Shown here: positions 12,920-20,949 of the stretch, one piece after another
How positions within the stretch are numbered: position 1 is the first letter of the stretch
How the letters are laid out: the number at the start of each line of letters is the position of its first letter
Assembly: GCA_025929185.1 (NCBI GenBank)
Contig: JAICMO010000002.1
Location: 172-64,171 of the forward strand
From: Pseudolabrys sp.
GTDB taxonomy: Bacteria > Pseudomonadota > Alphaproteobacteria > Rhizobiales > Xanthobacteraceae
Reading direction: 5' to 3'
Length of the DNA stretch: 64,000 bases
Made by a program: the position numbers and the translations under genes
The notes under the pieces: model-generated
Seen by the model: the letters and a program-made list of their open reading frames with translations, nothing else
Database searches by the model: none
What the model was told of the DNA's origin: nothing

Positions 12920-13978
12920 ATGAGACTGACATCATTATTGCGTGCCGTGGCGGGAGCACTCGCGCTTTCGCTCATGCTGGCGGCCGGTGGATATGCCCGC
13001 GCGGCGGACGTTATCCGCGTCGGCGAAGGCCCGTTCATCACCGGAGGCGGCTTCTATGTCGCGCTCGAACGCGGGTACTTCAAGAAGATGAATCTCGATA
13101 TTCAGATGAAGAAGTTCAACGACGGCGCCCTCGCCGTTCCCGCTATTCTTTCCGGCGAGCTCGACATTACGCTTATGACTGCCAACGCCAGCCTGTTCAA
13201 CAGCATCGCCAAGGGCGCGCCGTTGGTGATCGTGCTGGACCGCGGCCACAACAAGCCCGGCTACGGCTATCTTGCGGTCAACGTCACGCAGGAGATCTAC
13301 GATCAGGGCGTCCATTCAGCGGCCGATTTCGCAAAGCTCAAGGGCAAGCGAATGGGCGTTGGCGCGGTGGGCAGCATCAACCAATACGATACCGCCCGTG
13401 CGCTGCAAAAGGCGGGGCTCGATCCGCGCAAGGACGTGAAATGGGTCGTCGGCGTTTCCCAGCCTGATCTGATGAAGATGCTCGGCCAGAAGCAGGTCGA
13501 CCTCACCGACCTCGCCTATCAGTTCGGCTTTTTTGCGCAGAACAACAAATGGGGACCGATCGTCGCCCGCGGCGACGAGATCGAGCCGAACAGCTCGATC
13601 GGCGTCTACGCCGCGAACAAGGATTTCGTGAAGAACAAGCGCGACGTGCTGGTGCGTTTTGCGATGGCCTATCTGCAAGGCGTGAAGGAATTCGACGCGG
13701 CGGCCAACGCGCCGGACTCCCACAAGGACATTCTCGAATTCCTCGCCAAAAATACCTTCCTCAACAAGCCGGCCCTGATCAAGGCGATCGCGCCGTACTG
13801 GTCCTATACCAACGAAGACGGAATTCCGCCGATCGATTCGATCATGCACATGCAGGACTATTGGGCGGATTATTTCCACTACGTCGAAAAGAAAGTGACA
13901 CGCGAGCAGCTTTTCGATCTATCGGTGGCGCAGGAAGCCAAAAAGCGGCTCGACGCGGAAAAGCCTTTTGGCAAGTGA
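12920..13978 (+). CDS. ABC transporter substrate-binding protein (NMT1/THI5-like)
   Basis: Signal peptide MRLTSLLRAVAGALALSLMLAAGGYARA after a GGGAGG RBS; I chose the ATG at 12920 over the track start at 12851. The mature protein is a periplasmic binding fold typical of sulfonate/pyrimidine-type binders. Confidence 0.8.
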   Translation: MRLTSLLRAVAGALALSLMLAAGGYARAADVIRVGEGPFITGGGFYVALERGYFKKMNLDIQMKKFNDGALAVPAILSGELDITLMTANASLFNSIAKGAPLVIVLDRGHNKPGYGYLAVNVTQEIYDQGVHSAADFAKLKGKRMGVGAVGSINQYDTARALQKAGLDPRKDVKWVVGVSQPDLMKMLGQKQVDLTDLAYQFGFFAQNNKWGPIVARGDEIEPNSSIGVYAANKDFVKNKRDVLVRFAMAYLQGVKEFDAAANAPDSHKDILEFLAKNTFLNKPALIKAIAPYWSYTNEDGIPPIDSIMHMQDYWADYFHYVEKKVTREQLFDLSVAQEAKKRLDAEKPFGK

Positions 13979-14050
13979 TCGTCCGGCGGAGCTTCCATCG
14001 GAATCGATCCGGCGCGCGGCGCCGGATCGACCGGTCAACAGGAGAATAAT

Positions 14051-14440
14051 GTGAAAAAGGATTTCGTGCGCGGCACGTGGCAGCAAAAACGGGCGTTTTC
14101 GCCCGCCGTTATCACCGAGAATGCGCGTCGCACGATTTGGATTGCCGGCCATACCGGTGCAAAGGATGATGCCGGCCAATCGCTCGCAGGCGACTTCGAT
14201 GCGCAGTGCCGCCAGACTTTCCGGAATATCGAGAAAACGCTGGCCGAGGCCCACTGCGCGCTTAAAGATATGGTCACAATGACGGTGTTCTTGATCGATG
14301 CTCGGCACACCACCCGCATGACCGAATTGCGGACGGAAATTTTCGGCGATGACTTTCCGGCAAGCGCCGCCATCACGGTTTCCGGCTTCGCCGATCCTGC
14401 GATCATGATCGAAGTGCAGGGAATAGCGGTGGCCGATTAG
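14051..14440 (+). CDS. RidA/YjgF/L-PSP family enamine/imine deaminase
   Basis: 129 aa, GTG start after AGGAGAA. The family C-terminus is VTMTVFLID...FPASAAITVSGFADPAIMIEVQGIAV. Confidence 0.85.
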   Translation: MKKDFVRGTWQQKRAFSPAVITENARRTIWIAGHTGAKDDAGQSLAGDFDAQCRQTFRNIEKTLAEAHCALKDMVTMTVFLIDARHTTRMTELRTEIFGDDFPASAAITVSGFADPAIMIEVQGIAVAD

Positions 14441-14566
14441 GCGGGTCCGTTACCCGCAGCCGCCCGAGGCGGCATAGAAGGCCAGGCGGCAAGTCGGCGA
14501 AAAGCCTCTACCGCTGGAACGATGCGGCCGTGAGGTCGTTGTCTGACGGACTTCGTGTGCGTTCTC

Positions 14567-14592
14567 GCCCTATTCTCATCATCAAAAGGTGC
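14567..14592 (+). repeat. Copy A of a 26-nt conserved box (GCCCTATTCTCATCATCAAAAGGTGC)
   Basis: It matches copy B at 16265-16290 at 23 of 26 positions in the same orientation, and lies in the non-coding stretch 5' of the flippase-like gene. Confidence 0.5.
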
Positions 14593-14732
14593 AGTGCTTT
14601 TGCCGGCTGGAGAGGCTTGCTGAGGAACCCGCGGCGGCTTGGGCAAGACTACTTGGTGAACATGCCGAACATTTTCACAAGCACCATGCGCGGATGGTTG
14701 GCCGTTGCGCGCCGGTTACGCGCGACACTTCG

Positions 14733-16058
14733 ATGAGTCCGCTGGCGCGCTTTGCAATCGCCGGGCGGCTGAGGATGGCTGCCGCACAAAGCCGGCTACA
14801 CGAAATGTGGATTCTGGCGCAACGCTGGAAGTTCCGCCTCTTTTTCGCCCTTGCGGACCAGGGACTCTACAGTGCCACGAATTTCTTGCTCACGATTCTT
14901 TACGCCTCATGGTTGCCTCTCGATGCATTCGGACGCTACGTAGTCATCTGGACGACTTCACTTTTCATCGAAGCAATCGAAATCTCGCTGATCATCGATT
15001 CGTTACCTGCAATCGTCAGTCGCTATGGACGGCGCAATCGGCAGCGGCTCGACGTTGCAGCATTGTGGGTTGTCATTGGCTATGGAGCGGGTACAAGCCT
15101 GCTTCTCATCGGCATAGCAGCCATCCTGCTTTTCTTGGAGCCCGACTATAGCGGTCCAATTCTTGCGCTCGCAGTGGTCAATCCTTTACAGCGGATCTAT
15201 CTGTTTATTCGCCGTCTTTGTTACATCCGCGACCGGCAAGATATCGCGGCATTGGCCGCTTTCGCCTATGGCGTGCTGATGCTCGCCGGGACATTTGTCT
15301 TGCTCCGCACTGGCATGCTCTCGCTGAACGCCGTCATTTTGCTGTCGGGACTCGGTGCGTCCGGCGCAATTCTCGTAACCCTCGCGTCCGGCATCGGACG
15401 GCTGCAAAGCATGCGTCCCCGCACCACGGTTTGGCTCGCCGCGCAGATGTGGCGTTCCGGACGATGGCTGTCGGCCGCCGCGGTGGCAAACTGGATCAGC
15501 ACGTGGGGCGCTTTTCCATTGATTGCCGCACTCAGTAGTCCCGGCGTAACCGGCATTATTCGGGCTCTGCAGAATTTGCTTACGCCCGTCGTGCAATTCA
15601 ACGCCGCCCTCAACCTGGCGATCCTGCCTCGTGTGGCCGACAAGGTCGTCGACGTCGGCGATCAATACGCGCGCTCGTTCGCGCTGCGCGGCACCGCTAT
15701 CTTTGCAGCAATCGTCATCGTTTATTGCGCCGTAATCATAGCGACAGCGGGTTTAATCCTGCCCGCGATCTACAAAAAGCCGGAGATCGCCGCGGCTTCT
15801 TTTCTGCTTTGGCCTCTCGCGCTTGCACTCATCTTTGACGGGCTCCGGCAAGCTTCCTCGATGGCACTGGTTGCAATACGGCGCACTCAAATCGTGTTTA
15901 TAGCGCGTTTCGTATCACTCGTCGTGTTCTTGACGGCCGGCGCGGTCTTTGGGTACGTCGGCGGATTCGAAGGAATTCTCTGGGCAACCGTTGCCGCCAC
16001 GGCGACCAGCGCTGCGATTGTGATGGTCGCAGCGACAGTTCCTATTTCTGTCACATGA
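14733..16058 (+). CDS. Polysaccharide biosynthesis membrane protein, oligosaccharide flippase (Wzx/MOP superfamily)-like
   Basis: About 440 aa and almost entirely hydrophobic, with roughly 12 predicted TM segments. The opening (FFALADQGLYSATNFLLTILYASWL) is typical of polysaccharide-biosynthesis flippases. It sits in a polysaccharide locus. The start was chosen at ATG 14733; the 48 extra track codons (from GTG 14589) are not membrane-protein-like. Confidence 0.6.
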   Translation: MSPLARFAIAGRLRMAAAQSRLHEMWILAQRWKFRLFFALADQGLYSATNFLLTILYASWLPLDAFGRYVVIWTTSLFIEAIEISLIIDSLPAIVSRYGRRNRQRLDVAALWVVIGYGAGTSLLLIGIAAILLFLEPDYSGPILALAVVNPLQRIYLFIRRLCYIRDRQDIAALAAFAYGVLMLAGTFVLLRTGMLSLNAVILLSGLGASGAILVTLASGIGRLQSMRPRTTVWLAAQMWRSGRWLSAAAVANWISTWGAFPLIAALSSPGVTGIIRALQNLLTPVVQFNAALNLAILPRVADKVVDVGDQYARSFALRGTAIFAAIVIVYCAVIIATAGLILPAIYKKPEIAAASFLLWPLALALIFDGLRQASSMALVAIRRTQIVFIARFVSLVVFLTAGAVFGYVGGFEGILWATVAATATSAAIVMVAATVPISVT

Positions 16059-16264
16059 GACGCAAGAGATCTCAGGCAATTCAGTTCGGTAATTCCTTCC
16101 AAATCAGACGAGAGACGCCTGCACAGGTCAAGGTGGCGAGTGACTCCGGTTTCAATAGCGGCTTCTTGTTCGCGCGATCGGAGCGCCTCATTCGGCAAAA
16201 AGCCTTCTTTCGCTGGAACAATGCCGCCGAAAATTCGTTGGCTGCCGAGCTTCCCTTGGGCCCG

Positions 16265-16290
16265 GCCCAATTCTCATCATTAAAAGGAGC
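16265..16290 (+). repeat. Copy B of the 26-nt conserved box (GCCCAATTCTCATCATTAAAAGGAGC)
   Basis: 23/26 identical to copy A. It lies 55 nt 5' of the methyltransferase ATG. Its AAGGAG (16284-16289) sits 6 nt before a TTG-initiated 12-codon mini-ORF (16296-16334). Confidence 0.5.
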
Positions 16291-16344
16291 CACCCTTGTC
16301 AGTCGAGCAGGCGCGCGAAGGGGTCAGTCAGTAAGAGCCTCCAC

Positions 16345-17118
16345 ATGAGGGAAGTCTATTCGTCAGAATTCTTTGACAATCAGCGGTCCGGCTCGGGCCG
16401 CTCCGCGGCGCTCATTCTGCCGTTGTTGGTCGATATCTTTGGGCCGATGTCACTGCTCGATGTCGGCTGTGGCCAAGGCACCTGGCTGAAAACAGCAACG
16501 GATTTTGGAATCAATGATCGGATGGGCGTTGATGGCGACTGGGCGAGGCCATTTCTGGCAATTCCAGCCGAGTGCTTTCGGGCTTTCAACGTCGGAGCAG
16601 CTTTCGATTTGGGGAGACGATTCGATCTCGTCATATCTCTGGAAGTCGCAGAGCACATCGTCGCTTCAAATGCAGAAACGTTCATCGGCAATCTTATCCG
16701 TCATTCTGACGCTATCGTCTTTTCCGCGGCTATTCCTTTCCAAGGAGGAACTCATCACGTAAACGAGCAATGGCCTTCATATTGGGCCTCTCTATTCATG
16801 AAACGCGGTTATCGCTGTTTTGATTTTCTTCGATGGAGAATCTGGAACGAAGCAGGAATTCCTCCTTGGTACCGACAAAATCTTCTCATTTTCGCCAATA
16901 CTGGCAATACGAATTTGATCGACCGACTTGAAGGGCAATTGCGTAAGCCGCCTCCGCCGGCTCTCGCCGTGGTTCACCCTGAAATCTGGGCCGATATGAT
17001 GAATTCAAAAAGCCTGCGGTATCAACGCTTGATGACCCCGGCGGTCGATCGGATCCGCACATTCTTCCGTAGCGCAACGAAAGCCGGACACGGGACCAGG
17101 ACGCGCCAGCAGACGTGA
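16345..17118 (+). CDS. Class I SAM-dependent methyltransferase
   Basis: SAM-binding motif I LLDVGCGQGTW, acidic post-I residue, motif DLVISLEVAEHI. It is low-GC relative to the flanks and sits in the polysaccharide locus. Confidence 0.8.
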   Translation: MREVYSSEFFDNQRSGSGRSAALILPLLVDIFGPMSLLDVGCGQGTWLKTATDFGINDRMGVDGDWARPFLAIPAECFRAFNVGAAFDLGRRFDLVISLEVAEHIVASNAETFIGNLIRHSDAIVFSAAIPFQGGTHHVNEQWPSYWASLFMKRGYRCFDFLRWRIWNEAGIPPWYRQNLLIFANTGNTNLIDRLEGQLRKPPPPALAVVHPEIWADMMNSKSLRYQRLMTPAVDRIRTFFRSATKAGHGTRTRQQT

Positions 17119-17126
17119 GCGGGGGC

Positions 17127-18404
17127 ATGTCGAAGGAAAGCATCGAAACGGCGCCACAGCAAAGCACGCGGCAGCGGGTCGTGATCGTCTCAGGCTTTCA
17201 CGATTATCGAACGGCGCGCCGCGGCAGCATCCAGGCTTTGGCTGACGCCCTCGTAGGACTCGGCTACGAGGTGACTTTCATTTCTATCAGATTTAGCCCC
17301 ATTTCGATTGCAACCAACGACCATCGTCTTTTCTTTTGGTCTCACGCAAACAAGCCGGAAATGGTAAATGGCGTGCTCTGTTATCTTTGGCGCACATTCT
17401 TTCACCCGTTCCGCACCGGAAACGCCGTACTCGATCGGCTGGCGGCGCCGCTTTTCCGGGCCTATGCCAAATTTCCCGATCGATTCATCGACAATGCGTT
17501 ACGCTCGGCATCGTATATCGTGATCGAATCGGGCCTCGGCATCATGCTCACCGGCCGCGCGAGGAAGCTGAATAAGCAAGCCCGCATCATCTATCGGGCG
17601 TCCGATACGCTCGACACGATCCGCGCTCATCCGATTCTCAAGACGGAGCTTGCGCGGCGCATACACGAAATCGACGCTTTCTGTCTCCTTGCGCGGAAAA
17701 TGGCGCCGTGCTTTGCGCTTGCAAAAAATAAGACCTATGTCGTTCCGCTCGGGATAAATCGAAGCGATTTTGCCGATATCGGCCCCAGCCCATATTCGGG
17801 GGGCGTCAACGCCGTCACGGTTGGATCGATGCTGTTTGACCGGAGTTTCTTTCAATACGCCGGTCGCAAATTTCCCAACATCCATTTTCATCTGATCGGA
17901 TGCGGTGCGCCTTTCGAAGCGCCCTCGAACGTCCATATTTACAAAGAGATGCCGTTCAAACAGACGCTCCCCTACATCAAACACGCCAATTTCGGAATAG
18001 CCGCGTACCGGCTTTCGAGCAACTCCGAATATCTGGCGCAATCAAGCCTGAAGTTGATGCAATATGAATATCTTGGCGTTCCCGCGGTCTGTCCCGATTA
18101 CGCGGTAGGGACAAGCCCAAATCGGTTCGGCTACTCTGCTTCGGATCATGCCAGCATCGATATCGCGATCGAGCGGGCCTTGACGCGCGGCCCTATCCGT
18201 GAGCGGCCGACGTTCTTGAGCTGGGAGCAGGCCGCCGAGCGCCTGCTGAATCCTGAGCTTTTCGACGATACGGCGATCCTGCCCAGTAATTCCGATCGCC
18301 GGATTGTCCCGCCTGCGGAGCCGTCCTCGCGTGCAGGCGAGGCGGCTTCTCGGACCGGTGCCACAGGACTCCCGTCAAAAACCAAAGAAGAGATGCGGTC
18401 TTGA
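17127..18404 (+). CDS. GT-B fold glycosyltransferase, possibly GumK-like (GT70 glucuronosyltransferase family)
   Basis: The N-terminal region (VVIVSGFHDYRTARRGSIQALADALVGLGYEVTFISIRFS) and overall length resemble my recollection of GumK-type enzymes. The C-terminal half has a nucleotide-sugar-binding-like fold (HFHLIGCG...SLKLMQYEYLGVPAV). The ATG at 17127 lies 8 nt after the methyltransferase stop. The C-terminal tail overlaps the convergent gene. Confidence 0.5.
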   Translation: MSKESIETAPQQSTRQRVVIVSGFHDYRTARRGSIQALADALVGLGYEVTFISIRFSPISIATNDHRLFFWSHANKPEMVNGVLCYLWRTFFHPFRTGNAVLDRLAAPLFRAYAKFPDRFIDNALRSASYIVIESGLGIMLTGRARKLNKQARIIYRASDTLDTIRAHPILKTELARRIHEIDAFCLLARKMAPCFALAKNKTYVVPLGINRSDFADIGPSPYSGGVNAVTVGSMLFDRSFFQYAGRKFPNIHFHLIGCGAPFEAPSNVHIYKEMPFKQTLPYIKHANFGIAAYRLSSNSEYLAQSSLKLMQYEYLGVPAVCPDYAVGTSPNRFGYSASDHASIDIAIERALTRGPIRERPTFLSWEQAAERLLNPELFDDTAILPSNSDRRIVPPAEPSSRAGEAASRTGATGLPSKTKEEMRS

Positions 18405-19590
18405 TGGTGAACGGAGAATTGCTGACGCACAAAAGAACCGCGTAATACGCACCGACGAGATTACGAAACGCCTGGAATTGCCACGTTTTCGCGCCGATCG
18501 ACCAGAATACAATCCAAAAAGCGAGCGCGCCGATAATCCCGATCCCGCAAAGAACATAAGCATAGCCCGAGTCGAAAGTGTCGAGCGTGGGCATCTCGAG
18601 CCCTAGCCAATTCTGCACATCGAGTTGGCCCAGAACGCGGCCGGACAATATGATTCTCCCGGCAAAGCTATTGCCGCCCCGATGGATCACAGAAAGAAAA
18701 TCCGGCAACAGAAAAAGGCCGAGCATCGCCGCGCCCGGCAATACGAACGTCAGCACCGATGCAAGCCTGATGGGCGTCAACGCGATCAAGACGCCCAGCA
18801 AGCAAAAGAAAGCGCCGAAACGGCTATCGGAGAGAATAATCGCGATAGTCGCAGCGCCGAACATCCCCCAGAAAATGCGCCGCGTTTGCATAGACCGTAT
18901 CAAAGCCCAGATGAAAACGATGATGCCAAAATTTCCGGCAGAGACGGGCTCGAGGAAAATCGAAGAAACGCGGTGGTCGCCGAGAAACGGAAAAATATTG
19001 CGGCCTCCCAACTCCTCAGGTCGTATTCCGCTGATAAAAAGATTGGATGACTGCTGGCTTTGACCGAGCGCCATCGAGCCGCGTTCAATGTAAAATTTTG
19101 CAATGTTGAGGAAATTCGTGAAAGTGTCCGGCATCGCGTATTCGAAAATGCCGACGATCAAAAACAGCGCGGCGGCTATGCGCACGAGATAGTCGGCGTA
19201 CCGAACATTGACCACGCGCGTGCCCAGCAAAAAGAACGCAATGGGAATCAAGAAATCACGGACCGGTTTGATCTGCACGGCATCGCCGGAGGCCGCGCCC
19301 CGGATCGCCGCCAGACAGACAAGATAAAAGAGCGCACTGCTGATCACCAAGAAGCGCGTATGGTCGACCGCGGGGTAAGCGAGCAAAAGCGTGATGAAAA
19401 TTATCGTTATCTCGCAAACGATGATGTGCGCGTTCCCGATGCCGCCGCCGACTTTGGTATTGACGAGGCATAACGCCGTATTGAATGTCATCGCGGCAAG
19501 TACGGCCGCAAATGGCGCATAAAACGAAAGCTGGCGCGTCCAGCTGATCTTGGTGACGGCTACGCGGGAGGGAAGAACGAGGATGCTCAT
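18193..19590 (-). CDS. O-antigen ligase/polymerase (Wzy-like) family membrane protein
   Basis: About 465 aa with 10 or more TM segments and a larger loop region, typical of O-antigen polymerase/ligase family proteins. The ATG at 19590 lies 11 nt after the GH5 stop, so the two are probably co-transcribed. The last ~70 codons are low-complexity and overlap the convergent GT. Confidence 0.6.
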   Translation of the reverse strand: MSILVLPSRVAVTKISWTRQLSFYAPFAAVLAAMTFNTALCLVNTKVGGGIGNAHIIVCEITIIFITLLLAYPAVDHTRFLVISSALFYLVCLAAIRGAASGDAVQIKPVRDFLIPIAFFLLGTRVVNVRYADYLVRIAAALFLIVGIFEYAMPDTFTNFLNIAKFYIERGSMALGQSQQSSNLFISGIRPEELGGRNIFPFLGDHRVSSIFLEPVSAGNFGIIVFIWALIRSMQTRRIFWGMFGAATIAIILSDSRFGAFFCLLGVLIALTPIRLASVLTFVLPGAAMLGLFLLPDFLSVIHRGGNSFAGRIILSGRVLGQLDVQNWLGLEMPTLDTFDSGYAYVLCGIGIIGALAFWIVFWSIGAKTWQFQAFRNLVGAYYAVLLCVSNSPFTIKTASLLWFLTGVLWHRSEKPPRLHARTAPQAGQSGDRNYWAGSPYRRKAQDSAGARRPAPSSRTSAAHG

Positions 19591-19601
19591 GCCAGCGCCC
19601 G

Positions 19602-20636
19602 TCAATTCCGCTTGCCGGCGAGGTGCCGGAGAAGGACGGCCATTTGCGGCGGGTCGACACCGTGGACCGGCTGAACGCTGGTGAAATAGCGGGGTGGCCA
19701 CGCACCTGCGGCCCAATACGTCCAGCCAAGCCAAACGTCACGATTTTTGCCGATAAAGTCGAGCATCTCCTCGAGTGCGGCGAGGCAGGTTGAATCGCGG
19801 CCGGCTCCGAATTCACCCAAAAAGCCGCGCTTGTGGTGCTCGCGAAGCCAAGCCGTAAACGGCTTGAGCGTTTCAACCCCGATCGTCTCGCTCTGGCATT
19901 CGGGATGAGTTCCGGAATAATTCGAATCGAGGTACTGATGCACCTCATAGACGTAATTGTCCGCCGGATCGCTCACATCGAGCATCGCGACAGCATTCGG
20001 GGTTCCATAATGGCGGCTGAACCAACTGTGGGCCCCTGTCCAACCGTTACCCGGCACAAAGATCAGGTTCTTGGCGCCCGCTTTGCGAATCGCGGCGATC
20101 GCGGCATTAGCCGCCGCAAGCCACGTTTCCGTCGGTAACGCCTTCGGCTCGTTCATCAGCCCAAAGCCGACTTGGGGATCGTTCTTGAATTTCGTAGCCA
20201 AGCGGGCCCACAAATCCGCAAAAGCTGCAATTGGAACCGCGGATGACCCGATCGCTTGGCGCCGATAGGCGGCGTAATTGTGCACATCCAGAACGACAAA
20301 CAGGCCTTTCGCATTCGCTTCCGTAACGACGGCGGCGATGCGCTGTAACTCGCCGGGATCAAGCATGCCATCGAGGGTTGGCTGCAACCGCTCCCAAAGA
20401 AATGGGAAGCGGATGACATTCATGCCCTCGTCCGCAAAATGGTCGATCGTGGCGCGTGATGGAAAGAAATAGTCGCGGCCGGGGACGCCTGGGAGCTTTT
20501 TGCTGGCAAAGTCGGCCCCCGCAATATTGACCCCAGTAAACCGAAGCCCATGGCCGCTCTGAGAAGCGGCGATGGCGAAAACATTCGCTGAACATGCGGC
20601 AAGAGCAATGATGCCGGAAAGCAACACTCTTTTCAT
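19602..20636 (-). CDS. Secreted glycoside hydrolase family 5 (endoglucanase/cellulase-type)
   Basis: Signal peptide MKRVLLSGIIALAACSANVFA. GH5 landmarks are IRFPFLWERLQP, VVLDVHNY, the acid/base in GLMNEPKAL and the nucleophile in FLGEFGAG. Confidence 0.85.
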   Translation of the reverse strand: MKRVLLSGIIALAACSANVFAIAASQSGHGLRFTGVNIAGADFASKKLPGVPGRDYFFPSRATIDHFADEGMNVIRFPFLWERLQPTLDGMLDPGELQRIAAVVTEANAKGLFVVLDVHNYAAYRRQAIGSSAVPIAAFADLWARLATKFKNDPQVGFGLMNEPKALPTETWLAAANAAIAAIRKAGAKNLIFVPGNGWTGAHSWFSRHYGTPNAVAMLDVSDPADNYVYEVHQYLDSNYSGTHPECQSETIGVETLKPFTAWLREHHKRGFLGEFGAGRDSTCLAALEEMLDFIGKNRDVWLGWTYWAAGAWPPRYFTSVQPVHGVDPPQMAVLLRHLAGKRN

Positions 20637-20740
20637 CGACTATGCAGACGGAGAACGGTTGATCGATTCCGTATCCAACGGAAATAGCGGTCAACGGTTC
20701 CAGCCGGTTCCCTTCGAGCGATCACGGTGCAATGGCGCGT

Positions 20741-20757
20741 ATGCCCACTGTGGGCAT
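20741..20757. promoter_or_regulatory. Perfect 8-1-8 palindrome ATGCCCAC-T-GTGGGCAT in a divergent promoter region
   Basis: Read directly from the sequence. It lies in the 313-nt gap between the GH5/polymerase unit (-) and the GT4-GT26 fusion gene (+). Confidence 0.3.
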
Positions 20758-20949
20758 TCGATCGAACATCCTTGACGGCGCCGCGACAACAAAGGGGCCC
20801 AACTGTGGAAATTACTCCCAGGCGTCGGGCTCACGACGTTGCAAAATTGTCAGCATGCTCGACGCATCTGCTGTGGCGTGGAACGGACTCAGTCGTCATG
20901 CGTTTGACGCGAGGTCTTCCAATACATCATCATCATCGACTGTGAGCCA

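Noticed and set aside
14589-14732. 48-codon N-terminal extension of the flippase-like ORF starting at GTG 14589
   Set aside because: The extension is hydrophilic, His/Arg-rich and unlike flippase N-termini, and the GTG sits inside the conserved 26-nt box with no spacing from the SD-like AAAAGG. I preferred ATG 14733, but the longer form is not excluded.
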